NCBI GenBank assembly: GCA_963842085.1
Contig: CAWJET010000001.1
Coordinates: 1,920,001 to 1,984,000 of the forward strand
DNA from: an uncultured delta proteobacterium
GTDB taxonomy: Bacteria; Desulfobacterota; Binatia; Binatales; Binataceae
DNA length: 64,000 nucleotides
Direction of reading: 5' to 3'
The translations under genes were made by a program, and so were the position numbers. Shown one piece after another: positions 1-9,807 of the stretch (its first letter is position 1; each line of letters begins with the position of its first letter). The notes below the pieces were generated by a model, which searched no databases, was not told where the DNA came from, and saw only the letters and a program-made list of their open reading frames with translations.

Positions 1-381
1 CTGCTGGGGAAGGTCGTGCGTCGCTTGGGCGAGGTGCGGCTGCTGAAAATCGGCGTGATCGCGATGATCGCCGGGTTGGCGCCGATGGGCTCGATTTCAT
101 CGCACGGCGCCTTGCTCGCGATGCTGGCCGCCCTCTCGATCGGTTACGGCTTCGCCAGCCCGTCGATCGCGAGCCTCATCTCGCGCAACACCAGCCGCGA
201 TTTGCAGGGTGAAGTGATGGGCGTGAATCAGTCTGCCCTGTCGCTCGCCCGCATCTGCGGCCCGGTTGCCGGGGGCCTCGCGTATCAGCTGATCGGACCC
301 GCGGCGCCCTACCTTGGCGGCGCCGCGGTCGCTATGCTCGCGTTCGCAACCGCCAGCGGTGTCGACATGCAGGCAATCTGA
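1..381 (+). CDS. MFS transporter (TetA/DHA1-like), C-terminal part, 5' truncated by the window edge
   Basis: Open frame from base 1 with multiple hydrophobic helices and an MFS-type QGEVMGVNQSALSLARICGPVAGG motif. Confidence 0.8.
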   Translation: MLGKVVRRLGEVRLLKIGVIAMIAGLAPMGSISSHGALLAMLAALSIGYGFASPSIASLISRNTSRDLQGEVMGVNQSALSLARICGPVAGGLAYQLIGPAAPYLGGAAVAMLAFATASGVDMQAI

Positions 382-399
382 CGCAATCGGGGGAATTCG

Positions 400-828
400 A
401 TGATCTTTCTTCGCGGTTTCATACTCGCACTTCACATCTTCGGCGTGATCTTCTGGATGGGCGGGCTACTGATGATCACCAGCCTGCTGGCGCGCGTGCC
501 GGAAGAAGTCGGACTGCCCAAGGAACGCTTTCTCGGCGCGGCGCGCGGTTTGTTCGAGTCGACAATCAACCTGGGCGCCGCAATCAGCATCATTCTCGGC
601 CTTCTGCTGATTCTCATGTATCCGTCGGTGCTGCGGCACGGATGGCTGCACGTGAAGCTGCTGCTGGTCGCGATCCTGCTCTTTTATCACGTGCGGTTTT
701 ATCGCCGGATCAAGTTCCTCGAGAACAATCCGAGCCAGTCTTCGCGGCGCGAGTTTCGCGTCATCCACGGGATGGTGAGCGCCCTGCTGATCGCGATCCT
801 GCTGCTGACCGTGCTGAAACCCTTCTAG
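400..828 (+). CDS. hemJ: CopD/HemJ-family membrane protein, probable protoporphyrinogen IX oxidase
   Basis: ALHIFGVIFWMGGL and GWLHVKLLLV match the conserved His and Lys motifs of HemJ; four TM helices. Confidence 0.7.
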   Translation: MIFLRGFILALHIFGVIFWMGGLLMITSLLARVPEEVGLPKERFLGAARGLFESTINLGAAISIILGLLLILMYPSVLRHGWLHVKLLLVAILLFYHVRFYRRIKFLENNPSQSSRREFRVIHGMVSALLIAILLLTVLKPF

Positions 829-883
829 CAGCAGGCGTCCGCTTCCCTCTCTCCAATCCCCCGCCCGATAACGGACGAGGGAA

Positions 884-1660
884 CTAGAACTGGTCCTTGA
901 GTTCGCGGGCCTTGGCAAAAATCGCGATCGGATCGTCATCCACCGACGGATCGTGCTTCTTCAGGTTCGCGCGCAGCTCGGGGCTGTCGGTGCGCAGAAA
1001 CGGATTGGTTTTCTTCTCGTCGCCGATCGTGGATGGCACCGTGAACTGGTTCTGTGCGCGCGTCTTCAGGCTCCACTCGTGCTTGTTTTTCAGGGCCTGG
1101 TTCCCCGGCTCCAGCGTCAGCGCGAAGCGCAGATTTTTCTCGGTGTACTCATGCCCGCAATAGACCTGGGTCGCGTCGGGCAGCGCCGCGAGCTTCTTCA
1201 ACGACGCGACCATCGTCGCGGCCCTGCCTTCGAACACGCGGCCGCATCCGCCGACAAACATCGTGTCGCCGGTAAAGACCGCGCCGAGCGCTGGAAAATA
1301 GTACGCGACGTGGCCGTTGGTGTGCGCCGGGATTCCGATCACGCGGCCTTCGAGCGCGCCGATCCGGACGTTGTCGCCGTCGGCGACCGCATCGGTCAGC
1401 GCGGGAATCCTTCCGCCCTCCGCACTCGCGCCATACACTTTGATTCCCGGCACCTTCGACGCGATGTCATGGTTGCCACCGGAATGATCGCCGTGCCAAT
1501 GCGTGGTCAGCACCGCGACGAGCTTCGCGCCGTGCGATTTCGCGGCCGCGATCACCTTGTCGGCCTCCGCGCAATCAACGACCGCGCATTCCTTGCTGCC
1601 GTCGTCGATCACCAGGTAGGCGTAGTTGTCCGATAGCTGCGGGACTGTGACTATTGGCAT
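884..1660 (-). CDS. gloB: Hydroxyacylglutathione hydrolase (glyoxalase II)
   Basis: DNYAYL, THWHGDHSGG, FTGDTMFVGGCGR, YCGHEYT and NPFLR motifs. Confidence 0.92.
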   Translation of the reverse strand: MPIVTVPQLSDNYAYLVIDDGSKECAVVDCAEADKVIAAAKSHGAKLVAVLTTHWHGDHSGGNHDIASKVPGIKVYGASAEGGRIPALTDAVADGDNVRIGALEGRVIGIPAHTNGHVAYYFPALGAVFTGDTMFVGGCGRVFEGRAATMVASLKKLAALPDATQVYCGHEYTEKNLRFALTLEPGNQALKNKHEWSLKTRAQNQFTVPSTIGDEKKTNPFLRTDSPELRANLKKHDPSVDDDPIAIFAKARELKDQF

Positions 1661-1677
1661 CGCGATACTCCTTGCAG

Positions 1678-2451
1678 CTAGACGCCAACGATATTGTAGC
1701 CCACGTCCACGTAAAGCGTCTGGCCCGTGACGCCGCTGGAAAAATCGCTCAGCACGGCGGCCGCCATCTTGCCGACTTCCTCGATCTTCATCCCGCGGCG
1801 CAGGGGAGAGCGCGCCTCGACCTCGTGCGCCATCGTATGAAAGTCGCGAATCGCCGACGACGACAGCGTGCGTGCGGGCCCGGCGCTGAGCGCGTTGACG
1901 CGGATATTCTTGGCCCCGAGGTCAACTGACAAGTAGCGCACGCAGGCTTCCAGAGCGGCCTTCGCCACACCCATCACGTTGTAGTTGGGAATCGCGCGGA
2001 CCGCTCCCAGGTAGCTGAGCGTCAGGATCGAGCCGCCGCCGCGCGCTTCCATCAGCGGTTCCGCCGCGCGCGCGAGCGCGACCAGCGAGTAGGCGCTGAT
2101 CTCCATCGACTTTTTGAAATTCTCGCGGCTCACCGTCAGAAATCGATCGCGCAGATCTTCCCGCTCCGCAAATGCGACCGCATGCACCAACAGGTCAAGC
2201 CCGTTCCACTTTTGCTTGAGCGCCGCGAACACCGACGCGATTTGCGCATCGTCGTTCACGTCGAGTTCGCCGATCACGTCCGCCTCGATCTGCGCCGCCA
2301 GCGGACGGACGCGCTTTTCCAGGATCTCGCCCTGGTAGGTCATCGCGATCTCGGCGCCTTCCGCGGCCAGCGTTTGCGCTATCGACCACGCCAGGCTCTT
2401 GTCGTTCGCGACGCCCACCACCAGCGCCCGCTTGCCCTGTACTATGCCCAT
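1678..2451 (-). CDS. fabI: Enoyl-ACP reductase
   Basis: GVANDKSLAW, ISAYSL, YNVMGVAKAALE and RVNALSAGP motifs. Confidence 0.93.
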   Translation of the reverse strand: MGIVQGKRALVVGVANDKSLAWSIAQTLAAEGAEIAMTYQGEILEKRVRPLAAQIEADVIGELDVNDDAQIASVFAALKQKWNGLDLLVHAVAFAEREDLRDRFLTVSRENFKKSMEISAYSLVALARAAEPLMEARGGGSILTLSYLGAVRAIPNYNVMGVAKAALEACVRYLSVDLGAKNIRVNALSAGPARTLSSSAIRDFHTMAHEVEARSPLRRGMKIEEVGKMAAAVLSDFSSGVTGQTLYVDVGYNIVGV

Positions 2452-2499
2452 GGCGAGTATCCTTGTCTGCGACGGTGCGCGCGGCTCAGATCGAGATTC

Positions 2500-3273
2500 T
2501 CATATCTTAATCTTCATGCCGTCATAGCCCAGTTCAAGCGCGATCTCATCCTCGCGGCTCAGCACTTCGCGCCCGAGATGGGTCAGCACCATCCGGCGCA
2601 CCTTGAACTTGTCGCGGTTGGCGGCCAGCAGCGGGTAGTTGAGATGAAACTTCAGCTGCGCGCTTTCGAAGTACGTGCATTCGCACAGGAACAGGTCGGC
2701 GCCGTCGCTCAGCTCGACCAGTTCGTCGTTCCATCCGCTGTCGCCCGAGAACACGATCGACTTCCCGCCGCTGTCGATTCTGAGCGACAGCGAGATTTCC
2801 GGCCTGGTGTGCGGACTGCGAATCGCGCTCACCTTGAACTTGCCCAGCCGCGTCGAGCTCCCCGGCTCCAGCACCACGAACTTGAGCTTGTGCTTGATCT
2901 TGTCGACTTCGAAATGCGGGAACATCGTGCGCATCAGCGTCCAGGTCCGCTCCTCGAGCTTGGGCGGACCGGCGATCGTCAGCACCTTTTTGCGGCGCGT
3001 TTCCCACATGTAGTCGAGGATCAGGAACGGCAGGCCGGCGAAGTGATCGCCGTGCAGATGACTGACCAGTAGCAAATCGAAGCTATCGGTAGAAATACCG
3101 CCGCCCTTGAGCGCCGGCAGCAGCCCGGGCCCGGCTTCCAGCAGGATTCGGCCCGCAGGCGCGTCGATCAGATAACCCGATTGTGAACGGCCGAAACTCG
3201 CAAACGCATCGCCGGTGCCCAACAGGGTCACGGTCACCGGCGCACCGTTTCGTGCCGTAGGATTCTGATTCAT
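2500..3273 (-). CDS. MBL-fold metallo-hydrolase (RNase Z/BN-like)
   Basis: LLGTGDAF, SHLHGDH, FSGDS and LTHLG motifs. Confidence 0.8.
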   Translation of the reverse strand: MNQNPTARNGAPVTVTLLGTGDAFASFGRSQSGYLIDAPAGRILLEAGPGLLPALKGGGISTDSFDLLLVSHLHGDHFAGLPFLILDYMWETRRKKVLTIAGPPKLEERTWTLMRTMFPHFEVDKIKHKLKFVVLEPGSSTRLGKFKVSAIRSPHTRPEISLSLRIDSGGKSIVFSGDSGWNDELVELSDGADLFLCECTYFESAQLKFHLNYPLLAANRDKFKVRRMVLTHLGREVLSREDEIALELGYDGMKIKI

Positions 3274-3329
3274 TGAGGCGGCCTATGCTATTATCATCTA
3301 CGGAAGCGCGCAAACGAGGAGCGCCCGGG

Positions 3330-4277
3330 ATGAAACAGGTGAAGATCGGGGTCGGTTTCGGACTCTGGCGGCTCGGGATGCCCCCGGCGGAAACGATCGC
3401 GCGCGTCGCCGAGCGCTCCGAAGATTGGGGCCTCGATTCCTTCTGGCTCTCCGATCACCTGCTCGCACCCTCGCCGGAACTCGACGTCGTCGCGACGCTG
3501 TCGCTCCTCGCCTCGCGCACCTCGCGCATGAAACTCGGGCCGAGCGTGCTGCTGCTCAACCTGCGCCACCCACTGCTGGTTGCGAAATCGTTCGCGTCGC
3601 TCGACTATCTGTCGGGCGGCCGGATGGTGATGGCGGTCGGCACCGGCGCCAACCTCGCCGACTACGCTGCCTGCGGGATTCCGCTCGAGGGACGCGGCAA
3701 GCGCCTCGACGAAGGAATCGAGGTGCTGCGCACGGTCTGGCGCGAGCGCGTCGCCAGCTACCACGGACGCTTCTTCAACTTCGACAACGTCACCATCGAG
3801 CCGCGTCCGGCCGCGCGCACCAACAACGATTTCGGCACGATGGACATCTGGGTCGGCGGCCGCTCCGACGCGGCGCTGAAACGCGCGGCGCGCCTGGCCG
3901 ACGGCTTCTTCGCGTCGTTCCAGACTCCCGACGAGTTCGGCACGAGCATGGCAAAGATTCGCGACTACGCGGCCGGCTACGGTCACGCCAACGCGCACAT
4001 CGAATCGGGACTCATCCTGCTCTGCCGCATCTCGTCGTCGCGCGAGCGCGCGCTCGAGGAGATGCGCCCGATGCTGTCGGCGATGGGCCGCGGCGCGGAG
4101 GCCTATCTCGAACGCACCGTTTACGGCTCTCCCGACGACGTGATCGCGCGCCTGGGCGAATATGTTGCCAAGGGTCTCGACAAATTTGTGCTGTGGCCAA
4201 TCGCGGAACCCGATGCGTGGCCGAAGCAAATCGAGCTGGTCGGCCGCGAAATTGCCTCCCACTACGCCGCTGCCTGA
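3330..4277 (+). CDS. LLM-class flavin-dependent oxidoreductase
   Basis: FWLSDHL, LDYLSGGR and IWVGGRSDAALKRAARLADG; ATG 3330 follows GAGGAG. Confidence 0.85.
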   Translation: MKQVKIGVGFGLWRLGMPPAETIARVAERSEDWGLDSFWLSDHLLAPSPELDVVATLSLLASRTSRMKLGPSVLLLNLRHPLLVAKSFASLDYLSGGRMVMAVGTGANLADYAACGIPLEGRGKRLDEGIEVLRTVWRERVASYHGRFFNFDNVTIEPRPAARTNNDFGTMDIWVGGRSDAALKRAARLADGFFASFQTPDEFGTSMAKIRDYAAGYGHANAHIESGLILLCRISSSRERALEEMRPMLSAMGRGAEAYLERTVYGSPDDVIARLGEYVAKGLDKFVLWPIAEPDAWPKQIELVGREIASHYAAA

Positions 4278-4842
4278 GGGGCGAACTGCCGCCGCCCTCG
4301 CGTTCCTATTCGCCGCAATCCTGGCGGGATGCGGCAACCCGTCCCCGGCAAAGGCGCCGCCGCGCATTTACGCCAGCGCCGAGGAGGTCGAGCTCAACTT
4401 TCGCGATCGCACGTTCGTGCTCGGCGACAACAATCAAATCGCCGAAGTGCGCCCGCCTGCCTGGCCCAAAGACAAGTTCCTCAAGCTGCCGTTCTGGCTC
4501 GGCATCAACGTCCTCGTGCCCGGCGTGACGACGCCCAAAGAGGGCGACTTCTACGTCATTAGCGAGGCGACTCTCGAAAAGCCGCTGGACACGCCCGGCG
4601 AATGGATGATCGAAGCGGGCAGCTCGCTGGTGAAGCAGGAGACGGTGTTCGTCACGACCCGCACGCAATACTTAGCCCCCGGAAAAATTTTGCCCACCAT
4701 CGTGCAGTACGTCGGCAAGCGCGAATTCAAGCGCGCCGACGGCGAGCCGGTGCAAATCCCAGTGCTGCGCGAGGTCTCGTTGCCGATGAAATGGACGCTC
4801 GGCGGCGGCATCCCGGCGGAATACGCGAGGTACCGCACATGA
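4252..4842 (+). CDS. Hypothetical lipoprotein (paralog 1); start codon uncertain
   Basis: Hydrophobic stretch ending in lipobox LAGC; strong similarity to the next ORF. Confidence 0.65.
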   Translation: MPPTTPLPEGRTAAALAFLFAAILAGCGNPSPAKAPPRIYASAEEVELNFRDRTFVLGDNNQIAEVRPPAWPKDKFLKLPFWLGINVLVPGVTTPKEGDFYVISEATLEKPLDTPGEWMIEAGSSLVKQETVFVTTRTQYLAPGKILPTIVQYVGKREFKRADGEPVQIPVLREVSLPMKWTLGGGIPAEYARYRT

Positions 4843-5462
4843 TTCGCGGCGGCCGGCCGATTCTCATCGCAATCGCGCTGACGCTCATGGCGCTCGCCGC
4901 CGGATGCACTCCCGACAAGGCGCTCGACTTCGGACCGGTCGGCGAGATCAACACGCCGCCCGAGGATCAGATGAGCCGCGATATCATGCGCGATTTCGCC
5001 GGCCGCGATTTCATCCTCGCCAACAACGATCACGAGGCGCACGTCAGCCTCACCGACTGGAAGCCGGGCCGCCGCATCATCATGCCGTACTGGCTCGGCG
5101 TGAATCCGCTCTACCCCGGCTTTCTGCGCCCGACTGTCGGACATCTATATGTGATGAGCCAATCGACGCTGGTCCGCCCGCTCTCGAACAACGAGTACCT
5201 GATTCGCGCCGGGTCGAAACTCTTCAAGAGCGACACGCTCTTCGAAGCGACGCGCACGCGCTACCTGGATACCGGCGGGATGCTGCCGACCGTGGTCCGC
5301 TTCGTAGGCACGCGCGTAATCACGGTGCCAAAAGACGCGCCCGCCACCGGAACGATCACGGAAAAGGTCCCGGTGCTGCGCGAAGTGTCGATGCCCATGC
5401 ACACAACGCCGGACGAGGACCTAACAGGCTACGCGAAATTCGAAGCAGTCAATGCGAAGTGA
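4839..5462 (+). CDS. Hypothetical lipoprotein (paralog 2)
   Basis: ATGA overlap with the previous stop; lipobox LAAGC; shares FWLG/YWLG, AGS, TRT.YL, LPT and PVLREVS.PM motifs with paralog 1. Confidence 0.7.
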   Translation: MIRGGRPILIAIALTLMALAAGCTPDKALDFGPVGEINTPPEDQMSRDIMRDFAGRDFILANNDHEAHVSLTDWKPGRRIIMPYWLGVNPLYPGFLRPTVGHLYVMSQSTLVRPLSNNEYLIRAGSKLFKSDTLFEATRTRYLDTGGMLPTVVRFVGTRVITVPKDAPATGTITEKVPVLREVSMPMHTTPDEDLTGYAKFEAVNAK

Positions 5463-5486
5463 AAATCCGTCGGAGGACTATCCCGC

Positions 5487-5909
<423 letters not shown>

Positions 5910-5914
5910 CGTTA

Positions 5915-7912
5915 CTACTCTTCTGACTCCTGCAGGGTCGCGGTTTGAAGAAGCTCTGCCGGCACATCTTCCAGAAAACGCGACACGCGGCCCATCACGA
6001 AGCCGAAGCTGCGGTCGAACATGTGGATCGGATACGACAGGTACAGCTCGTCGCGCGCGCGCGTGCTCGCGACGTACATGAGCCGCCGCTCCTCCTCGAT
6101 TTCGTCGTCGCCCACGCTTTGCGGCCCCGGGAAGCGCCCGTCGGCCGCCCAGATCAGGAAGACCACCTTCCATTCGAGTCCTTTGGCGGAGTGGATCGTG
6201 CTGAGCGTCATGTACTCGTCGTCCGAATCCGTCGCGAGCACGCCGTCGAGCGAGTCGCTCGGCGGCTCGAGCGCCATGTCCGACAGCATCTGCTCGAGGC
6301 TTTTGTAACGCTCAGTGAGATTCTGAAAATGCTCGAGGTCGCGCTCGCGTTTCGGATAGTCGTCAGCATACGCCTCGCGCATCACGGGCAGATAGTATTC
6401 CAGCGTCATCGCGATTTGCTCGGGCGGCCGTTTCTCACCGCTGCGCAATTCCGCCAGCAGCGCACCCAGCCGCTTGAGGCCGCCATCCGCACCGCCGCGC
6501 GCCGTCTCCGCAAACTTCGCGATTGCCGCCGCTGGATCGTCGGATGCCACCAGCACGTCGATCGTTCGCTCCGCCGTGCGATGACCGATGCCCTTGACCA
6601 GCGTGAGCACGCGCAGCCACGACACGGCGTCCGCCGGATTCGCGATGACCCGCAGATGCGCCAGCACGTCCTTGATGTGCGCGGTTTCGATAAACTTGAA
6701 GCCGCCGCGCTTGATGAACGGGATGTCGCGGCGCTGCAGCTCGAGTTCCAGATCGAACGAGTGAAAACTCGAACGGAACAGCACCGCGATCTCGCCGAGC
6801 TCGACGCCCTCCTCGCGCAGCTCCAGGATGCGCTGTGCGACGAATCGCGACTGCATGTGCTCGTCCTGCGCGCGCACCAGGAACGGCCGAAAGCCGCCCT
6901 CGCGATCCGTGAACAGCGCCTTGGTGTATTTTTCACCCGCGCGGGAGATCACATCATTTGCTACATCCAGAATTCCCTGGATCGAGCGGTAGTTCTGTTC
7001 GAGCTTCACGACTTTCGCGCCGGGAAAAATCGCCGGGAAGTCCATGATGTTGCGGAAGTTGGCGCCGCGAAACGAATAGATCGACTGCGCGTCGTCGCCG
7101 ACCGCCATCACGTTGCGATGATTCATCGCAAGCAGCCGCACCAGGTCGGCCTGAATCAGGTTGGTGTCCTGGTACTCGTCGATCATGATGTAGCGATAGC
7201 TGTCCGACAGCCGGCGCCGCACGTTCTCATGCTGTTCGAGCAGCTCGGCCAGCCGATACAGCAGGTCGTCGTAGTCGAGCAGGGCGCGCTCGCGCTTGTA
7301 GCTCTCGTAATTCTTCGCGAGCTCGAGAATTTCGGTCTGATGCTCGCCGAGATGCGGAAAGTCGAGCTCGATTTCCTCTTCCAGCGCGCGCCGCTTGTTG
7401 CGCGCCATGCTGATCGCCTCGGCGATCGTGCTCTTCTTCGGAAACCGCCGCTCGCGCGACGCGAGTCCCATCCGCGTCCGGAGCAGGTTGACCACGTCTT
7501 CCATATCGGAGCGATCGAGAATCGTGAAGTTGGGCTTGAGGCCGATCGGCGCGCCCATCCGGCGCAACACATTGTTGGCGAAGGAATGAAACGTGCCGCC
7601 GGCAACTGCGCCCGCGCGGTCTCCCACCAGTTGCTCTGCCCGGCGCAGCATCTCCTGCGCGGCGCGCCGCGTGAACGTCAGCAGCAGGATCGCGCCGGGA
7701 GGCACGCCGCTCTCGATCAGCCGCGCGACGCGATAGATCAGCGTGCGAGTCTTGCCCGAGCCCGCCCCCGCCACGACCAGCAGCGGGCCGTCGCGATGCG
7801 TGACGGCGGCGAGCTGCGCGGGATTGAGCAGCTCGGCGTACTTGATCTTGAAGTTGCGCTCGTCGGCCGGCGATGCCGGCTTTTCGCGCAGGTAAATTAC
7901 CTTGTCGGCCAC
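5915..7912 (-). CDS. ATP-dependent DNA helicase, UvrD/PcrA/Rep family
   Basis: AGAGSGKT, IDEYQDTN, VGDDAQSIYSFRGA, TIHSAKGLEW and EERRLMYVASTRA; GTG start at 7912 chosen. Confidence 0.92.
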   Translation of the reverse strand: MADKVIYLREKPASPADERNFKIKYAELLNPAQLAAVTHRDGPLLVVAGAGSGKTRTLIYRVARLIESGVPPGAILLLTFTRRAAQEMLRRAEQLVGDRAGAVAGGTFHSFANNVLRRMGAPIGLKPNFTILDRSDMEDVVNLLRTRMGLASRERRFPKKSTIAEAISMARNKRRALEEEIELDFPHLGEHQTEILELAKNYESYKRERALLDYDDLLYRLAELLEQHENVRRRLSDSYRYIMIDEYQDTNLIQADLVRLLAMNHRNVMAVGDDAQSIYSFRGANFRNIMDFPAIFPGAKVVKLEQNYRSIQGILDVANDVISRAGEKYTKALFTDREGGFRPFLVRAQDEHMQSRFVAQRILELREEGVELGEIAVLFRSSFHSFDLELELQRRDIPFIKRGGFKFIETAHIKDVLAHLRVIANPADAVSWLRVLTLVKGIGHRTAERTIDVLVASDDPAAAIAKFAETARGGADGGLKRLGALLAELRSGEKRPPEQIAMTLEYYLPVMREAYADDYPKRERDLEHFQNLTERYKSLEQMLSDMALEPPSDSLDGVLATDSDDEYMTLSTIHSAKGLEWKVVFLIWAADGRFPGPQSVGDDEIEEERRLMYVASTRARDELYLSYPIHMFDRSFGFVMGRVSRFLEDVPAELLQTATLQESEE

Positions 7913-7965
7913 GTCGAGCGCGATCCTACCACGCCGCGCGCCGCAAGTTGCGATGCCACGATGCG

Positions 7966-8454
7966 CTACGGCAGCATCGGCCCGCTTCCCGCGGGCGGGG
8001 TCTGGCCACCGTTCTTGTAAATACCCTGCATCGTCTTGTTCCACAGTTGATCGGGGCTGTTGAGCGAAGGCGATTGCGAGCCTGCCACCGCTGCTGAACC
8101 CTGCGGCGCCGAGCGCATATCTTCCACCTGCGGATCGAGCAGGATCTGGTCAACCATGCTGACGCTCGGATCGTTCAGGTACGCGGTCGCGATTCGTTCC
8201 GCGTCGTTGCGCCCGAACTGCGTCGCCACGAACCCGGTGAGTATCAACTGCTTGCTGCCGCCCGGGGAGGTCGAAAACTGCGCGGTAACCATCGGCAGAT
8301 CGTTCATATGCAGATACTTCGTGAGCGCGTCGCTGGTGCCCTGATCGATCACGTAATTCTGCGCCCGCGCGATGCCGCACGTCGCGAGCATCATGACGAT
8401 CGCCGCGACTGCCGCGGTTGCTCTAGCCTTCAAGTGCATTCGTCGCAACACCAT
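7966..8454 (-). CDS. Exported hypothetical protein, possibly BON-like domain
   Basis: Signal peptide ending ARA-Q; LILTGFVATQFGRNDAERIA...VDQI resembles a BON domain. Confidence 0.6.
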   Translation of the reverse strand: MVLRRMHLKARATAAVAAIVMMLATCGIARAQNYVIDQGTSDALTKYLHMNDLPMVTAQFSTSPGGSKQLILTGFVATQFGRNDAERIATAYLNDPSVSMVDQILLDPQVEDMRSAPQGSAAVAGSQSPSLNSPDQLWNKTMQGIYKNGGQTPPAGSGPMLP

Positions 8455-8548
8455 ACACCTGATCGAACGCGGTGTCGCGACGCAATCGGAAAAAGAGAGC
8501 GGGCGCCCATCTGCGACGCCCGCGCCTCTTTGTCCTTGCGATCATAAG

Positions 8549-9580
8549 TTAGGGAACTTGGATCTGCTGAATCTGTGCTTCCTCCTTCTGCACGACTTCA
8601 GCCGGAACGGGGGCGTATTGCAGCGACGGCGCCAGGGTTTGGCCCTCGCTTAACGCCCAATGCAGGAACTTCACGATCTGCTCGCCGATCTCCTTGTTGG
8701 TCTGCTTCTGATAAACGAGCAGATAGGTAAACGAAGATATCGGATACGCCTCCGCGCCTGGCGCATCAGTGATCGACACGCGGAAGTCGGCCGGCATGTT
8801 GCCCGCTACAGATGCGGCCGCAGCGGTCACCCCTGCCAGGCTGGCCTTCACCCAGTTGCCCGCCTTGTTCTGCAATTCAGCGAACGGGATGTGGTTGTTG
8901 AGCGCGTAGATCAACTCGATGTATCCAATCGCTCCCGGCGTTTGCTCGACCAGCGCCGTCACGCCTTCGTTGCCTTTGCCGCCGAGTCCGACCGGCCACT
9001 TAACCGAGGTTCCCTTGCCCACATCCGATGCCCAGGTTGGGCTGACCTTCGACAAGTAGTCGACAAAGATGTAGGTCGTGCCGCTGCCGTCAGAACGATG
9101 GCATACGACGATGTCCTGCGACGGGATCGCAGCGCCGGGATTCAGCGCCCTGATCTTCTCGTCATCCCACTTGGTTATCTTGCCCAAAAAAATATCCGCG
9201 ATTACAGGACCCGTCAGGCGCAGCGTGCCGGTGAATCCGGGTAGGTTATATGCGAGCACGTCCGCCCCCATCACGCTTGGAAAGTGAAAAATTTTCCCCG
9301 GCGCTTCGGAAAGCTGTTGATCGGACAACGGAGCGTCGCTCGCACCAACATCGACGGTCCGATTAGAGAGCATCCGGATGCCGCCACCCGAGCCGATCGA
9401 TTGGTAGTTGAACTTGATGCCCGGATTTTCCTTCGCGTAAACGTCGAACCACTTGGAATAGATCGGGTACGGGAACGTCGCGCCGGCGCCATTGATTAAC
9501 AGAGCGGCATATCCGGAGCGGCCGATCCGCGCGAACGCCAAAAGGATGAAAAGGGCCAGAATTAGTCGTCGTTTCAGCAT
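8549..9580 (-). CDS. pstS: Phosphate ABC transporter substrate-binding protein
   Basis: GAGATFPYP, YQSIGSGGG, HRSDGSGTT and GGKGNEGV motifs. Confidence 0.95.
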   Translation of the reverse strand: MLKRRLILALFILLAFARIGRSGYAALLINGAGATFPYPIYSKWFDVYAKENPGIKFNYQSIGSGGGIRMLSNRTVDVGASDAPLSDQQLSEAPGKIFHFPSVMGADVLAYNLPGFTGTLRLTGPVIADIFLGKITKWDDEKIRALNPGAAIPSQDIVVCHRSDGSGTTYIFVDYLSKVSPTWASDVGKGTSVKWPVGLGGKGNEGVTALVEQTPGAIGYIELIYALNNHIPFAELQNKAGNWVKASLAGVTAAAASVAGNMPADFRVSITDAPGAEAYPISSFTYLLVYQKQTNKEIGEQIVKFLHWALSEGQTLAPSLQYAPVPAEVVQKEEAQIQQIQVP

Positions 9581-9807
9581 CTTTTGAACTTTGCCTCGAA
9601 GTTAGTTGCGTCCGTTCGCGGATCTATGTGCGGCGCGAAAACGGTATGCATTGCATATTAAGAGAGGATGAACCGGGCGTGTCAGCCGGTTGAATTGTCC
9701 GCTGGGAGCCGGATTCCCGTGCATAGTCGCGTTTCGGCTCGATCGTTTGCTTTTCCCGCCCCGGCTCAACGACAATCCAATACTCAAAGCCGCGCCCGGC
9801 AATTTCA

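Noticed and set aside
5945-8020. Long antisense ORFs, including 5945-8020, 9817-11658, 14673-16901, 20324-21631, 30484-32016, 32075-33520, 56113-57726 and 59054-60466
   Set aside because: They are shadows of well-supported genes on the opposite strand, expected at high GC3, and show no recognisable motifs.
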